NCBI GenBank assembly: GCA_018985225.1
Contig: JADGIF010000329.1
Coordinates: 1 to 10,750 of the forward strand
Direction of reading: 5' to 3'
DNA from: Amoeboradix gromovi X-113
Taxonomy: Eukaryota > Fungi > Sanchytriomycota
Length of the DNA: 10,750 bases
Shown: in pieces, positions 1 to 7,629 of the stretch
Position numbering within the stretch: position 1 is the stretch's first letter
Layout of the letters: every line of letters starts with the position of its first letter
Position numbers and translations under genes: made by a program
The notes under the pieces: model-generated
The model's database searches: none
What the model was told of the DNA's origin: nothing
The model's input: only the letters and a program-made list of their open reading frames with translations

Positions 1-165
1 AAAGATTAAGTTACATTTCGGAGAGACGCCTATCTTGTGCTTTTGCGACAAGAAGGGATAGAATAAGAGACAAACTCATTTACTCAAATGCGACTTATTG
101 CTGTGATACAATATTGAAGAGAAATCTCCGACTTGCAGTTGGAGTTATTTTCGCAATGTCGATCT
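1..165 (+). mobile_element. Family-1 TnpB/Fanzor-like remnant, copy A (3' end and candidate omegaRNA), truncated by the window edge
   Basis: 125-141 TCTCCGACTTGCAGTTG is identical to the reverse complement of 3844-3860, with flanking similarity over about 70 nt. Upstream ERRLSCAF aligns with ERDIASAF of copy C. Confidence 0.5.
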
Positions 166-189
166 CAAATACAAATTACATTATTTCAT

Positions 190-732
190 TTATTGCTGTA
201 AGTAATCTAAAACCGTTTTTCTTCCATTAATGGCCAAAGAAGAATGTTCATTGAATGCGCTTTCTGAGTCTTCAATTGTTTTAAAGTTGACAACTGCGAA
301 CCCTAAAGAGCTGCCACTGCTATTTTTAAAAATTTGAATCTTTTCCGCGTTTTCAAATTGGGATTTCAGAAATGATTCGTCCAAAAAATTGAATGGCAAG
401 CTGCCGACGTATAAGGACTTCGTGGGGACAATATCCGCTCTGTTTCTGTTGAACCTTGAAAATTTTGACTTTGGTGAGTTTGCAAAATCTAAATTCAATT
501 CCCGTCCCGCCAATTTAAACTTGGATCTAGAATGCTCCTCCATAACCTTTTCGGCATCGGCTTCATTTTCGAACTCAATAAAAGCATAACCTTTATTTAA
601 GTTATCGTCTCGGACTGGCAGACTAATGTTTAGAATACTATATGGCAAAAGTTCTTTTAGATCTTTCGCTGTGCAGTTAAACGGTAATTGGCCAAAAAAT
701 ACTTCTTTTCCTCTTAAAAATCTCTGCAACAT
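190..732 (-). CDS. Tandem two-RRM RNA-binding protein (NSR1/gar2/nucleolin-like RRM pair), paralog 1
   Basis: RRM1 has RNP2 VFFGQL and RNP1 KGYAFIEF; RRM2 has RNP2 LYVGSL and RNP1 LGFAVVNF. The ORF track starts at 834, but 733-834 is Fanzor-remnant repeat DNA, so the downstream Met at 732 (180 aa) is preferred. The start is uncertain. Confidence 0.85.
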   Translation of the reverse strand: MLQRFLRGKEVFFGQLPFNCTAKDLKELLPYSILNISLPVRDDNLNKGYAFIEFENEADAEKVMEEHSRSKFKLAGRELNLDFANSPKSKFSRFNRNRADIVPTKSLYVGSLPFNFLDESFLKSQFENAEKIQIFKNSSGSSLGFAVVNFKTIEDSESAFNEHSSLAINGRKTVLDYLQQ

Positions 733-1060
733 CCTCCTGGATAGGAGTAAACCATAGAATGATATCGATCCCAATTTCAGAAATGTCAGCAACTCTAAGT
801 CGGAGGACCTCCTGGTCAGATGTGTCAGTCCCATAGTATACCTTTAAGCCTTTTCTCAATATGAAATGCACTGGCAATATCTCTTTCACAATACCTTGGC
901 TGACTAGCACTTAGCACAAGTTGCAATATCTCAGCCAATAACCATTTTCGTATTCTGTCTTAATGTTTGTGATGTCGTCTTGTTCACAGTAAATCCCTTC
1001 TTATTCCTGATAAACTTTCTTATCTGATGACATGAAGATGTCGTGCTCCTAGTGTGGTTT
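724..1060 (-). mobile_element. Family-1 TnpB/Fanzor-like remnant, copy C
   Basis: Frameshifted motifs in the correct order: VNKTTSQT (964-987, RuvC-II 'VxExxTSxxC'-like), YWLRYCNLC (914-940, Zn-finger), RDIASAFHI (858-884, RuvC-III 'RDxNAAxNI'-like). The conserved core CTCCGACTTAGAGTTG follows at 790-805. Confidence 0.6.
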
Positions 1061-1125
1061 CTAGGTTCTTCCTACTTGTAAACAGACATTTTGTCAAAAT
1101 GGGTCAGAAATATTTAAATAATTTA

Positions 1126-1923
1126 CTACTCTATGCTATAGTTTGTTGTAAGTATTTCTGCAGAATCTAAAGCTATATCTTCTTTTTTTACGCCATTAAT
1201 TAGTTCAAGAAATTTGACTTTTTTGTCTATCAAAATACAGCCCCAAACCATGCAAAGTGTGAGCAAGATCCATCCAAGACCCATTTTTGCCAAATCATAC
1301 GTTACAAAAAATTGAAAAAATAAGATGCAGCCTGGTATTGCCAATAATGCTAAGCCAACTTTTGCTCTCAGCATTCCATATGCTAAGTCCCTGGCAGTAA
1401 GCATTTCATCCATATCGTATCCAATTGTGTGAAGCATTCTGTTAACTCCCCTGGTATATAAGACTTCTAAAGCTATTTCACTGCATATCATCCACGGTAT
1501 ATTTAGGACTTCAATTAAAAACGAAATTCCGGGATTAATAAACAGAAACACAACAAACAGCAGCAGCATAAATACTTGAAAGCCTACTAATATGTTGCTT
1601 ACAACCTCTGAACCAACAAATCTCCAAGTGTAGAAGAACTGGGTTATAAATAAAGAAGTTACAATGTTTATACCAAATAATATAAAAAACATTAAAAAAT
1701 CAGCAAAAATATAACCACTGTATCCATGCGGCATAAATATCAAATAACTTAGGATGATTTGCAACGCAGAAACTACTATGAATGAGACTAAACCAACTTT
1801 AAGGACTATTGAGGTCGTCGTTTTCAAGGTATGATTTAAGATAAGTATGCTAAATATGCCGCAAAGAAGGTTGATTAGAAAGAAGCATATTCTGTAGATT
1901 AATATTTCCAATTCTTCCACCAT
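1126..1923 (-). CDS. Hypothetical polytopic membrane protein with about 7 predicted TM helices
   Basis: Uninterrupted 265-aa ORF with seven hydrophobic stretches (ILIYRICFFLINLLCGIFSILIL ... MGLGWILLTLCMVWGCILI) and a short polar C-terminal tail. No family motif recognised. Confidence 0.75.
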   Translation of the reverse strand: MVEELEILIYRICFFLINLLCGIFSILILNHTLKTTTSIVLKVGLVSFIVVSALQIILSYLIFMPHGYSGYIFADFLMFFILFGINIVTSLFITQFFYTWRFVGSEVVSNILVGFQVFMLLLFVVFLFINPGISFLIEVLNIPWMICSEIALEVLYTRGVNRMLHTIGYDMDEMLTARDLAYGMLRAKVGLALLAIPGCILFFQFFVTYDLAKMGLGWILLTLCMVWGCILIDKKVKFLELINGVKKEDIALDSAEILTTNYSIE

Positions 1924-2044
1924 GTCTGAGACGTCACCGCTCTAAAACATGTGGGACACGCTGTGAAGACTAGACCAGCTTGAATGCTTTGAAAATACTT
2001 TAGGCAACCCTTACATTTGAAGTCTAATGGAGGGGAAAAGCTGT

Positions 2045-2420
2045 AGTCACATCTTATGATGTCACTTCTCATTTAAAGTCCTGTTTTATGAGAAAATCAA
2101 GATTTTATACAGAGAAATTGAGAACACTAGCTGTCTCGCTAAGATGGTTTCTCACTTCTAGTATCTTGGGCGAGGACTGAGCAGGGATGCGTATATTTTA
2201 AGTAGTAGTTTCTCTCTGCTTCCAAGCGAGAATTCACACGTAAATGCCTCCAAATTGGCGCTACTCAGAGCACCACACCTTCTATAATATGCCTTTCTCT
2301 CTCATTTGGACGAGAATATCATTATGATACCATTTTCTGAGTATAGAAAAATTTAGTAAGTATTGCTTGGCGATAAATTTAGATTTGTCATTCTTGCTGG
2401 TATAATTTCGAGTATTTTCC
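2045..2420 (-). mobile_element. Family-2 TnpB/Fanzor-like remnant, copy a
   Basis: Minus-strand RRCGALSSANLEAFTCE...KNIRI, followed by a 3' segment (2074-2120) homologous to 4348-4395, 5052-5085 and 7087-7135. The 5' limit is approximate. Confidence 0.65.
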
Positions 2421-2954
2421 ATTGATGAAAAGATATAATACCGAGTTTCTATCCAGTTATTAATGTTTAAAATGAGAATCTATTCGAGACATGGAACTCA
2501 TGCAATTACGACAAAGGATAGCTTAATTAAAATGGATAGCTGCAAAAGGAATGCTTTTTTATTTTTACTCAAGTATTTGCAAGTATAATACTTAGTGAGG
2601 ATCACTTCTTTTGTTCGCTGGAAGCACTTCCCTACCTAGCTGATTTAAACGCAATATCTTTATTGCGTAATCCTTCTTTTTTGCAGATTGTTACAATAAC
2701 AAAGCCCTCTTCAGCAATATTTCGTTTTTCTCTGATAAAACCTTAGATGCTCATTGATTTGGAATCTTTTCATTGATGAATCCAAAAATGTGGAATCACA
2801 GAGAAACGTGATTTGATATTATGATGTTAGCTGTAGCAGCAGAAAAGAGCTTGACACCATAGACTTATTGAACAGAGAGATAAAAATTTAGAGTCTTATA
2901 TTACTATAAAAGCATTTCATTACTATGAAGGCGTAATATGGGGTGGACAAAGTT

Positions 2955-3221
2955 TTATTGCTGTTGTATACTATGATAATTTAGAACTGGCACAATAAAT
3001 GCCTCTAAATCTATGTTCAAATCCTCCTTAACATCTTCAAATGCTCCCCAATCCAAATTCAAATCATCTGTTTCCCATGTCATAGTAATAGCATTGTATT
3101 TTGGTCCTATGTTTGGTGTCGTATTGTCAATTAAAAGAGATTTGCTTATCTTTTCAACCAAGCAACTAAACTCAATCTCAATTTCCTCTAGGTCAAGTTG
3201 TATTTTGGAAAATTCGGCCAT
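2955..3221 (-). CDS. Small acidic hypothetical protein (88 aa)
   Basis: ATG-to-TAA ORF with D/E-rich, protein-like composition. It starts 37 nt downstream of the RRM2 stop on the same strand. Confidence 0.55.
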   Translation of the reverse strand: MAEFSKIQLDLEEIEIEFSCLVEKISKSLLIDNTTPNIGPKYNAITMTWETDDLNLDWGAFEDVKEDLNIDLEAFIVPVLNYHSIQQQ

Positions 3222-3226
3222 AAAAA

Positions 3227-3238
3227 TTTACGCGTAAA
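3227..3238. promoter_or_regulatory. 12-bp palindrome TTTACGCGTAAA containing an MCB-like ACGCGT
   Basis: Perfect palindrome in the 37-nt AT-rich spacer, 5 nt upstream of the ATG at 3221. ACGCGT is the fungal MluI cell-cycle box; function here is inferred. Confidence 0.35.
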
Positions 3239-3258
3239 AAAATAAATTTGTAGTTTAT

Positions 3259-3801
3259 TTATTGAACCTCTGGAGCTTTTTCACGTTTTCTGCGACCGCC
3301 TTTTGCGATATCGAAATCTAATCTCAAATGGCGGTTATCCAAGACTGCACCTTTTTTACTTTTAAATGCTTCAATGGCCTCTTCTACTGTATTAAAATGA
3401 ACATAGCCGTAGCCCAACGAATCACCGCCATCTCTTCTAGTACATACAATGGCGTCTATACAACCAGGGAAAAATCCAGCCAATTCCACTTCGGAACAAC
3501 TGTACGGCAAATTTCCAACAAATAAAGAATTTGATTGCTCTTTTGGCATTGGCGGTTCTGGTGCTTCATCACTGGCTTCTTTCAAAACCAACTCTCTTCC
3601 TGAAAGTTCAAATTTCTGAGTCAAAACATTTTCTAAATCACTTCGGTTAGCAAATGTGACAAATGCAATTCCTTTTGGTCGCCCCGTTCTAAAATTGCGC
3701 GGGAGTTTGATATTTTCTACCTCACAGTCCAAAATCTCTTCAATTTCTTCCTTTGTAGCAGAGAATGGAAGTTGTCCAATAAAAATAGTTCGAGAAGTCA
3801 T
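3259..3801 (-). CDS. Tandem two-RRM RNA-binding protein (NSR1/gar2/nucleolin-like RRM pair), paralog 2
   Basis: RNP2 IFIGQL with RNP1 KGIAFVTF; RNP2 LFVGNL with RNP1 LGYGYVHF; RHLRLDF ending and a basic tail GGRRKREK. The ORF is open to 3957, but that extension is repeat-derived, so the Met at 3801 (180 aa) is preferred. Confidence 0.88.
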   Translation of the reverse strand: MTSRTIFIGQLPFSATKEEIEEILDCEVENIKLPRNFRTGRPKGIAFVTFANRSDLENVLTQKFELSGRELVLKEASDEAPEPPMPKEQSNSLFVGNLPYSCSEVELAGFFPGCIDAIVCTRRDGGDSLGYGYVHFNTVEEAIEAFKSKKGAVLDNRHLRLDFDIAKGGRRKREKAPEVQ

Positions 3802-3809
3802 GTTTGTTC

Positions 3810-4190
3810 CTGCACCCCCGGGACAGAATTTGGAAGATGCCCACAACTGCAAGTCGGAGACCTCCCTGCGATACTGTCTCACAACAGTAGCAGCGGCTTG
3901 TCTTTCATACGAACTAGTTTTTTCTGCGCTTCGAATAACTATAGAAAAAAATTTCATTTAGATAGCAGCGTTGCTATAACAATCGAGGATTTTGGTTTAG
4001 TTTTAGCATAAGATACTAACTTATTTTCTCAAAATTCCTAATGGAAGAAATAACACAGCTTGTTCTGGACTCAGAAACAGCAGCTTTATAGCGCTTTGTT
4101 CAGTTTTTAAATTAAATTTCTTCTCGGTACTGCTAGATGTCGGCTCCACTATTTTAGCCGTCTTCCCAGCAAATTGTTTTATTTTTCCGT
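3810..4190 (-). mobile_element. Family-1 TnpB/Fanzor-like remnant, copy B
   Basis: VSESRTSCV (4052-4078, RuvC-II-like), RLL*QRC (Zn-finger relic) and IVIRSAEK (aligns codon-wise with RDIASAFH of copy C), then the core at 3844-3860. The 5' limit is approximate. Confidence 0.55.
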
Positions 4191-4315
4191 AACATCGAAG
4201 GACAATTTAGAAAAATTGTCCTATTTATGATTGGTCCAAAATTATCATAATACTCTTTGTCGCATTCAAAGAGATAAGAACTATGCGTATTGAGTATAAT
4301 AGTTTAAAATTTTAT

Positions 4316-4450
4316 AATTAAGTAAACAAGATTTACTTAACTCCTCGTTAAAAGACCTGATTTCCGAGAAAATCGAGAATTTCCACAGAGAAACTAATGC
4401 TAGTTTCTCCGTTACAGTGATGGCTCACGCTTTCTCTACCCTGAGGCGGG
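4316..4450 (-). ncRNA. Candidate omegaRNA (Fanzor/TnpB guide scaffold)
   Basis: Lies immediately 3' of RuvC-III. Minus-strand hairpins: ACGGAGAAACTA-gcat-TAGTTTCTCTGT, GATTTT-ctcg-GAAATC and TTAAGTAAA-tcttg-TTTACTTAA. The G-U pairs work only on the minus strand. No expression evidence. Confidence 0.5.
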
Positions 4451-4481
4451 ATTAAATAAAGAAGCATATACTTGATGTATA

Positions 4482-4706
4482 TGTTCCTTGCTGCCATATG
4501 ATCTCTATATATCTTCAAATGACAATTTGTACAGGTTCAGGTTTCTAGATTAGTTTTCTTTAGAGTACCATACCTCGTACATGGCATCGAATTTGTTCCT
4601 TGGTGCCATGTGGCCCATGTCCACTTCCAAACGACACTATGTACATGAATAGCTCTCCAAATTGGTTTTCTTTAGAGTGCCACATATTGTACATGGCATC
4701 GAATTT
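4482..4706. repeat. Diverged 112-bp tandem duplication (2 units) covering the Zn-finger/RuvC-III coding segment
   Basis: TGTTCCTTG at 4482 and 4594; GTTTTCTTTAGAGT and GTACATGGCATCGAATTT recur at a period of 112. Confidence 0.9.
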
Positions 4707-5009
4707 CCGTGTTTGGACCAGCTTATCAGTCTGAGACGAATGTATGCTGCACCTACTAGTTATTTCTGTAGAATTGATTTAACATTTGCGAAAAGGAAGA
4801 ATATCGAGTATTTGAGCTATTAGAAAAATCTGGAAAAGTCTTGAAATCATATAAAAATCCATACAAATTCGCGATAAATGATATATTCAAGAAAACAATC
4901 GAGCTGTTAAACATTCACAATGTACTCTTATTCTTCCGAGTCATTGTTAGCTATTTTTACAAATTCTATCTCAAGAAGTCCGTTAAGATTAACAAACGGC
5001 CTATTTTTA

Positions 5010-5209
5010 AGTCCGTTCAACTTCTTCTTTAAACTTTCAACATACTCATCGTTAAAAGTCCTGATTTATGAAAAAATCAAGAATTATTAGCATTTCTTTA
5101 GAGTTGAAATATTCAGTAACTCCAGACTAGACCATATCAGTTGACTAGAAGAAACAATGTCGAGTTTTTACGCAATCGGAAGCATCTTCCAAAAGTACCA
5201 TTAGTGCAA
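5010..5209 (-). repeat. Family-2 copy c: internally deleted near-identical duplicate of 7045-7502
   Basis: 5010-5085 equals 7045-7120 (76/76). 5084-5209 versus 7377-7502 is 122/126. Confidence 0.92.
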
Positions 5210-5630
5210 TAAAACTCGCGTAGTCGCGATAAGTGTTTTTTTTCAACTGCGGAAACAGAATTTTACTTTTTATGAAAGGACCAGGGCCTGTGTTGTCGAT
5301 GAACTCCGAAAGATTTTCGAATGACAGCCAAGCAGTTGTGACTGACAAGTTACTACTTGTAATAACTAATTTTGCGTAAACGATGACAATCCCTTAGACT
5401 TTGTCGTAATTATACCCACTGATGTTAAGTCTAAGCTTAGATACATGGTTAAGCAAACGCCAAATTAGTAGTTCTATATTGAGAAATGAGAGGCATATTA
5501 AGTGGAAGCGTTCGTAATCGCTTAGTCCATGGAATGATTACATGAGATAGGCTAACATTTTTAAGTGAGTCGCAGAACCTCTAAAATAGTTTAGTTCAAT
5601 CAAACAAGTCCATTTATTGTTTTGCAAAGA

Positions 5631-6101
5631 TTATAACTTGTCCAACATATTCTTTATATGATTCATGATGATTTTCACATCATCGCCTTCAACATATTTC
5701 ACTACTATAGCTTGCATTTCCTTGATGAAACTTGTGTTGTACTTCAACTGGCTTATACCTGAATTCAAATGACTTTCGGTTTGAGCGTTCACTTTAGCTG
5801 GTTTTATGGAATGGCTATAAACTTTGATATTTGCATATTTATACAACAGGTGTGAGTTGTTTGCATTCAGAACCTTTCCATCTAATAAAAGTTTGTAATC
5901 TGGAGTAATTTGCATAATCTTTTCCTCCAAGTCCGAAAAGCTTTTGGCCACTATGGGAATTCTCTGGTCTTGCGAAATATTTAGATAGCAACCGATTCCC
6001 GAAGTCTCTGCAGAGTAAGCAAAATCTTCAACGGAATCAGACGTATCCTCTGGTTTGCACTGCTTCAATACATTTTCTAACCTTTTAAGATGTGTTACCA
6101 T
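5631..6101 (-). CDS. Hypothetical protein (156 aa), possibly with a central ubiquitin-like fold
   Basis: Clean ORF starting 32 nt after the L11 stop. The segment SDLEEKI...YKLLLDGKVL resembles the UBL 'xLIxxGKxL' pattern, but only weakly. Confidence 0.7.
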   Translation of the reverse strand: MVTHLKRLENVLKQCKPEDTSDSVEDFAYSAETSGIGCYLNISQDQRIPIVAKSFSDLEEKIMQITPDYKLLLDGKVLNANNSHLLYKYANIKVYSHSIKPAKVNAQTESHLNSGISQLKYNTSFIKEMQAIVVKYVEGDDVKIIMNHIKNMLDKL

Positions 6102-6133
6102 TGTTTCCTTGTCTCAAGTTTAAAAATTTTTAT

Positions 6134-6559
6134 TTATTTGATAACTTTAATTCCCATGCCACGGCAACTTCCTACGATACTTTTACACAACCCGAAATGG
6201 GTAAATTTTATGTTTAAACTGGGGTCACACTTCAATTTTTGCTCAGCAATGTGGAATATTTCTTTGGTGGATATTTGTGCGACCTCTTCGCCTTTCTGCG
6301 AGCACTTTTCCAACTTGATGGCCTGCTTTATTAGATATGAAGTCGGTGGTGATTTTACTTCTAACTCGAACTTTTTGGCTTTGGGGTCTATTGAGATTAC
6401 ACATTTCAATGGTAATTTGTCTTCAAAATGTGCAGTCCGAGTAGTAAACTGCTTTATAAAATCTATAGCCTTCAAACCCCTCTGCCCAAAAGCAGGTCCC
6501 AACGGCGGAGCTGCAGACAGCTTACCAGCAGGTAACGTCAAAATCAATTTATGTCTCAT
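6134..6559 (-). CDS. MRPL11: Mitochondrial large-subunit ribosomal protein uL11m (L11 family)
   Basis: L11 signatures LPAGKLSAAPPLGPAFGQRGL, KSPPTSYLIK and C-terminal SIVGSCRGMGIKV. This is a bacterial-type L11 in a eukaryotic context with no rplA/nusG neighbours. Confidence 0.92.
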   Translation of the reverse strand: MRHKLILTLPAGKLSAAPPLGPAFGQRGLKAIDFIKQFTTRTAHFEDKLPLKCVISIDPKAKKFELEVKSPPTSYLIKQAIKLEKCSQKGEEVAQISTKEIFHIAEQKLKCDPSLNIKFTHFGLCKSIVGSCRGMGIKVIK

Positions 6560-7044
6560 CCTTTTTCAATGTTGGGTTGATTTTACTGAGAAGTATTGCA
6601 CGAAACTTCTTAAAGTTTCTCGTGTATTAGCTCTGAAATAAACATCAATAAGACTCAAGGATTGTGCAAGATAATCTAAGTACTATTTTTTGCGTCACAA
6701 CTATATTGAATTCCTCTTCATATTAGCCACATAAAATAGTCTTCGTTTCAACGCAGCCCTTGGCTATGATTAGGCATATTTACCAGTGCAGAATCTCTTC
6801 TTACTAAAGTGTCGTAATTGGAAAAATAGAATACACAGTTTTCATTTCAGACAGATGTCTCCAAATTATCTCAGCCGAAATATGGCAAATCTGAGAACAT
6901 TACCAAGCGATATGGAATAGAGGTCGGAACCCTCATTCAATTGCCTGGACAAATATCTAAGTCGGATAAAGAAGTACCCCGTCCCAACTCTGAACAAAAA
7001 ATAAATGCTATTCATTTTACTACTTTACTTTGTGAAAACAATCT

Positions 7045-7502
7045 AGTCCGTTCAACTTCTTCTTTAAACTTTCAACATACTCATCGTTAAAAGTCCTGAT
7101 TTATGAAAAAATCAAGAATTTCCATGGAGAAATTGAGAGATTTTGCAATTGACGACAGAAATATGACGAGTTGCTGATAATTATAAACTATTGAAAAATG
7201 ACCAGTTAGAGAGGTGGGGTTCATGCAATCACTACAGATGATATATTGAGTTGAAATTGATCACTTGGTATTCGCTTGTGTAGTATACAGTATGGAATAA
7301 ATTTATTGTTTATAATCCAACATGAGAAATTATTGCAAATGGATCTCTTTCCTTTCTTGAAGGATGTGTCAAGCATTTATTAGCATATCTTTAGAGTTGA
7401 AATATTCAGTAACTCCAGACTAGACCATATCAGTTGACTAGAAGAAACAATATCGAGTTTTTACGCAATCTGAAGCATCTTCCAAAAGTATCATTAGTGC
7501 AA
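7045..7502 (-). mobile_element. Family-2 remnant, copy d
   Basis: Carries the family-2 3' core (7087-7135) and is duplicated at 5010-5209. Protein motifs are barely recognisable (ICSDC; ASDCVKTRYCFF*STD is possibly a RuvC-I relic). Confidence 0.65.
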
Positions 7503-7629
7503 ATGCTAGCGCCTTTGAAATTACAAGGCGAAACCTCAAATGATATTTGTTCGTACAAAATATATCCTATGATATTGATCGGGTGAGAAGATAAGACGGA
7601 TATTTTACAAGCCCGATCTTTTATATAAA

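Larger units (their letters stand above)
4316..4840 (-). mobile_element. Family-2 TnpB/Fanzor-like remnant, copy b (best preserved)
   Basis: Minus-strand RLRLISWSKHG, then SMPCTICGTLKKTNLESYSCT*CRLEVDMGHMAPRN and SMPCTRYGTLKKTNLET*TCTNCHLKIYRDHMAARNIYIK. These match the TnpB/Fanzor CxxCG...CxxC...DRDxNAARNI zinc ribbon plus RuvC-III. A hairpin-rich 3' segment follows. Confidence 0.8.

Noticed and set aside
120-150. tRNA-like anticodon arm (TGC/GCA)
   Set aside because: No acceptor stem, D-loop or T-loop (GTTCRA) can be formed.
796-816. Peptide TRRSSDL, typical of translated Illumina adapter
   Set aside because: The DNA (ACCAGGAGGTCCTCCGACTTA) differs from the adapter ACACGACGCTCTTCCGATCT and belongs to the family-1 repeat.
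677-910. 77-aa minus-strand ORF
   Set aside because: It has a non-ATG start, overlaps RRM1 out of frame, and lies in a decayed element.
900-1090. Reassigned stop codons (TAA/TAG read as Gln) opening a longer ORF
   Set aside because: Conserved genes such as uL11m end at TAA at the expected family C-terminus, and no conserved CDS has internal stops.
3830-3870. SWIM zinc-finger reading (PTCSCGH) of the family-1 core, or VPCCH at about 4483
   Set aside because: No complete CxC...CxH motif, and copy C has several stops in that frame. The colinear RuvC/Zn-finger motifs explain these regions better.
4482-4706. CRISPR-like repeat-spacer array
   Set aside because: Only two units, the intervening sequences are homologous to each other, and there are no cas genes.
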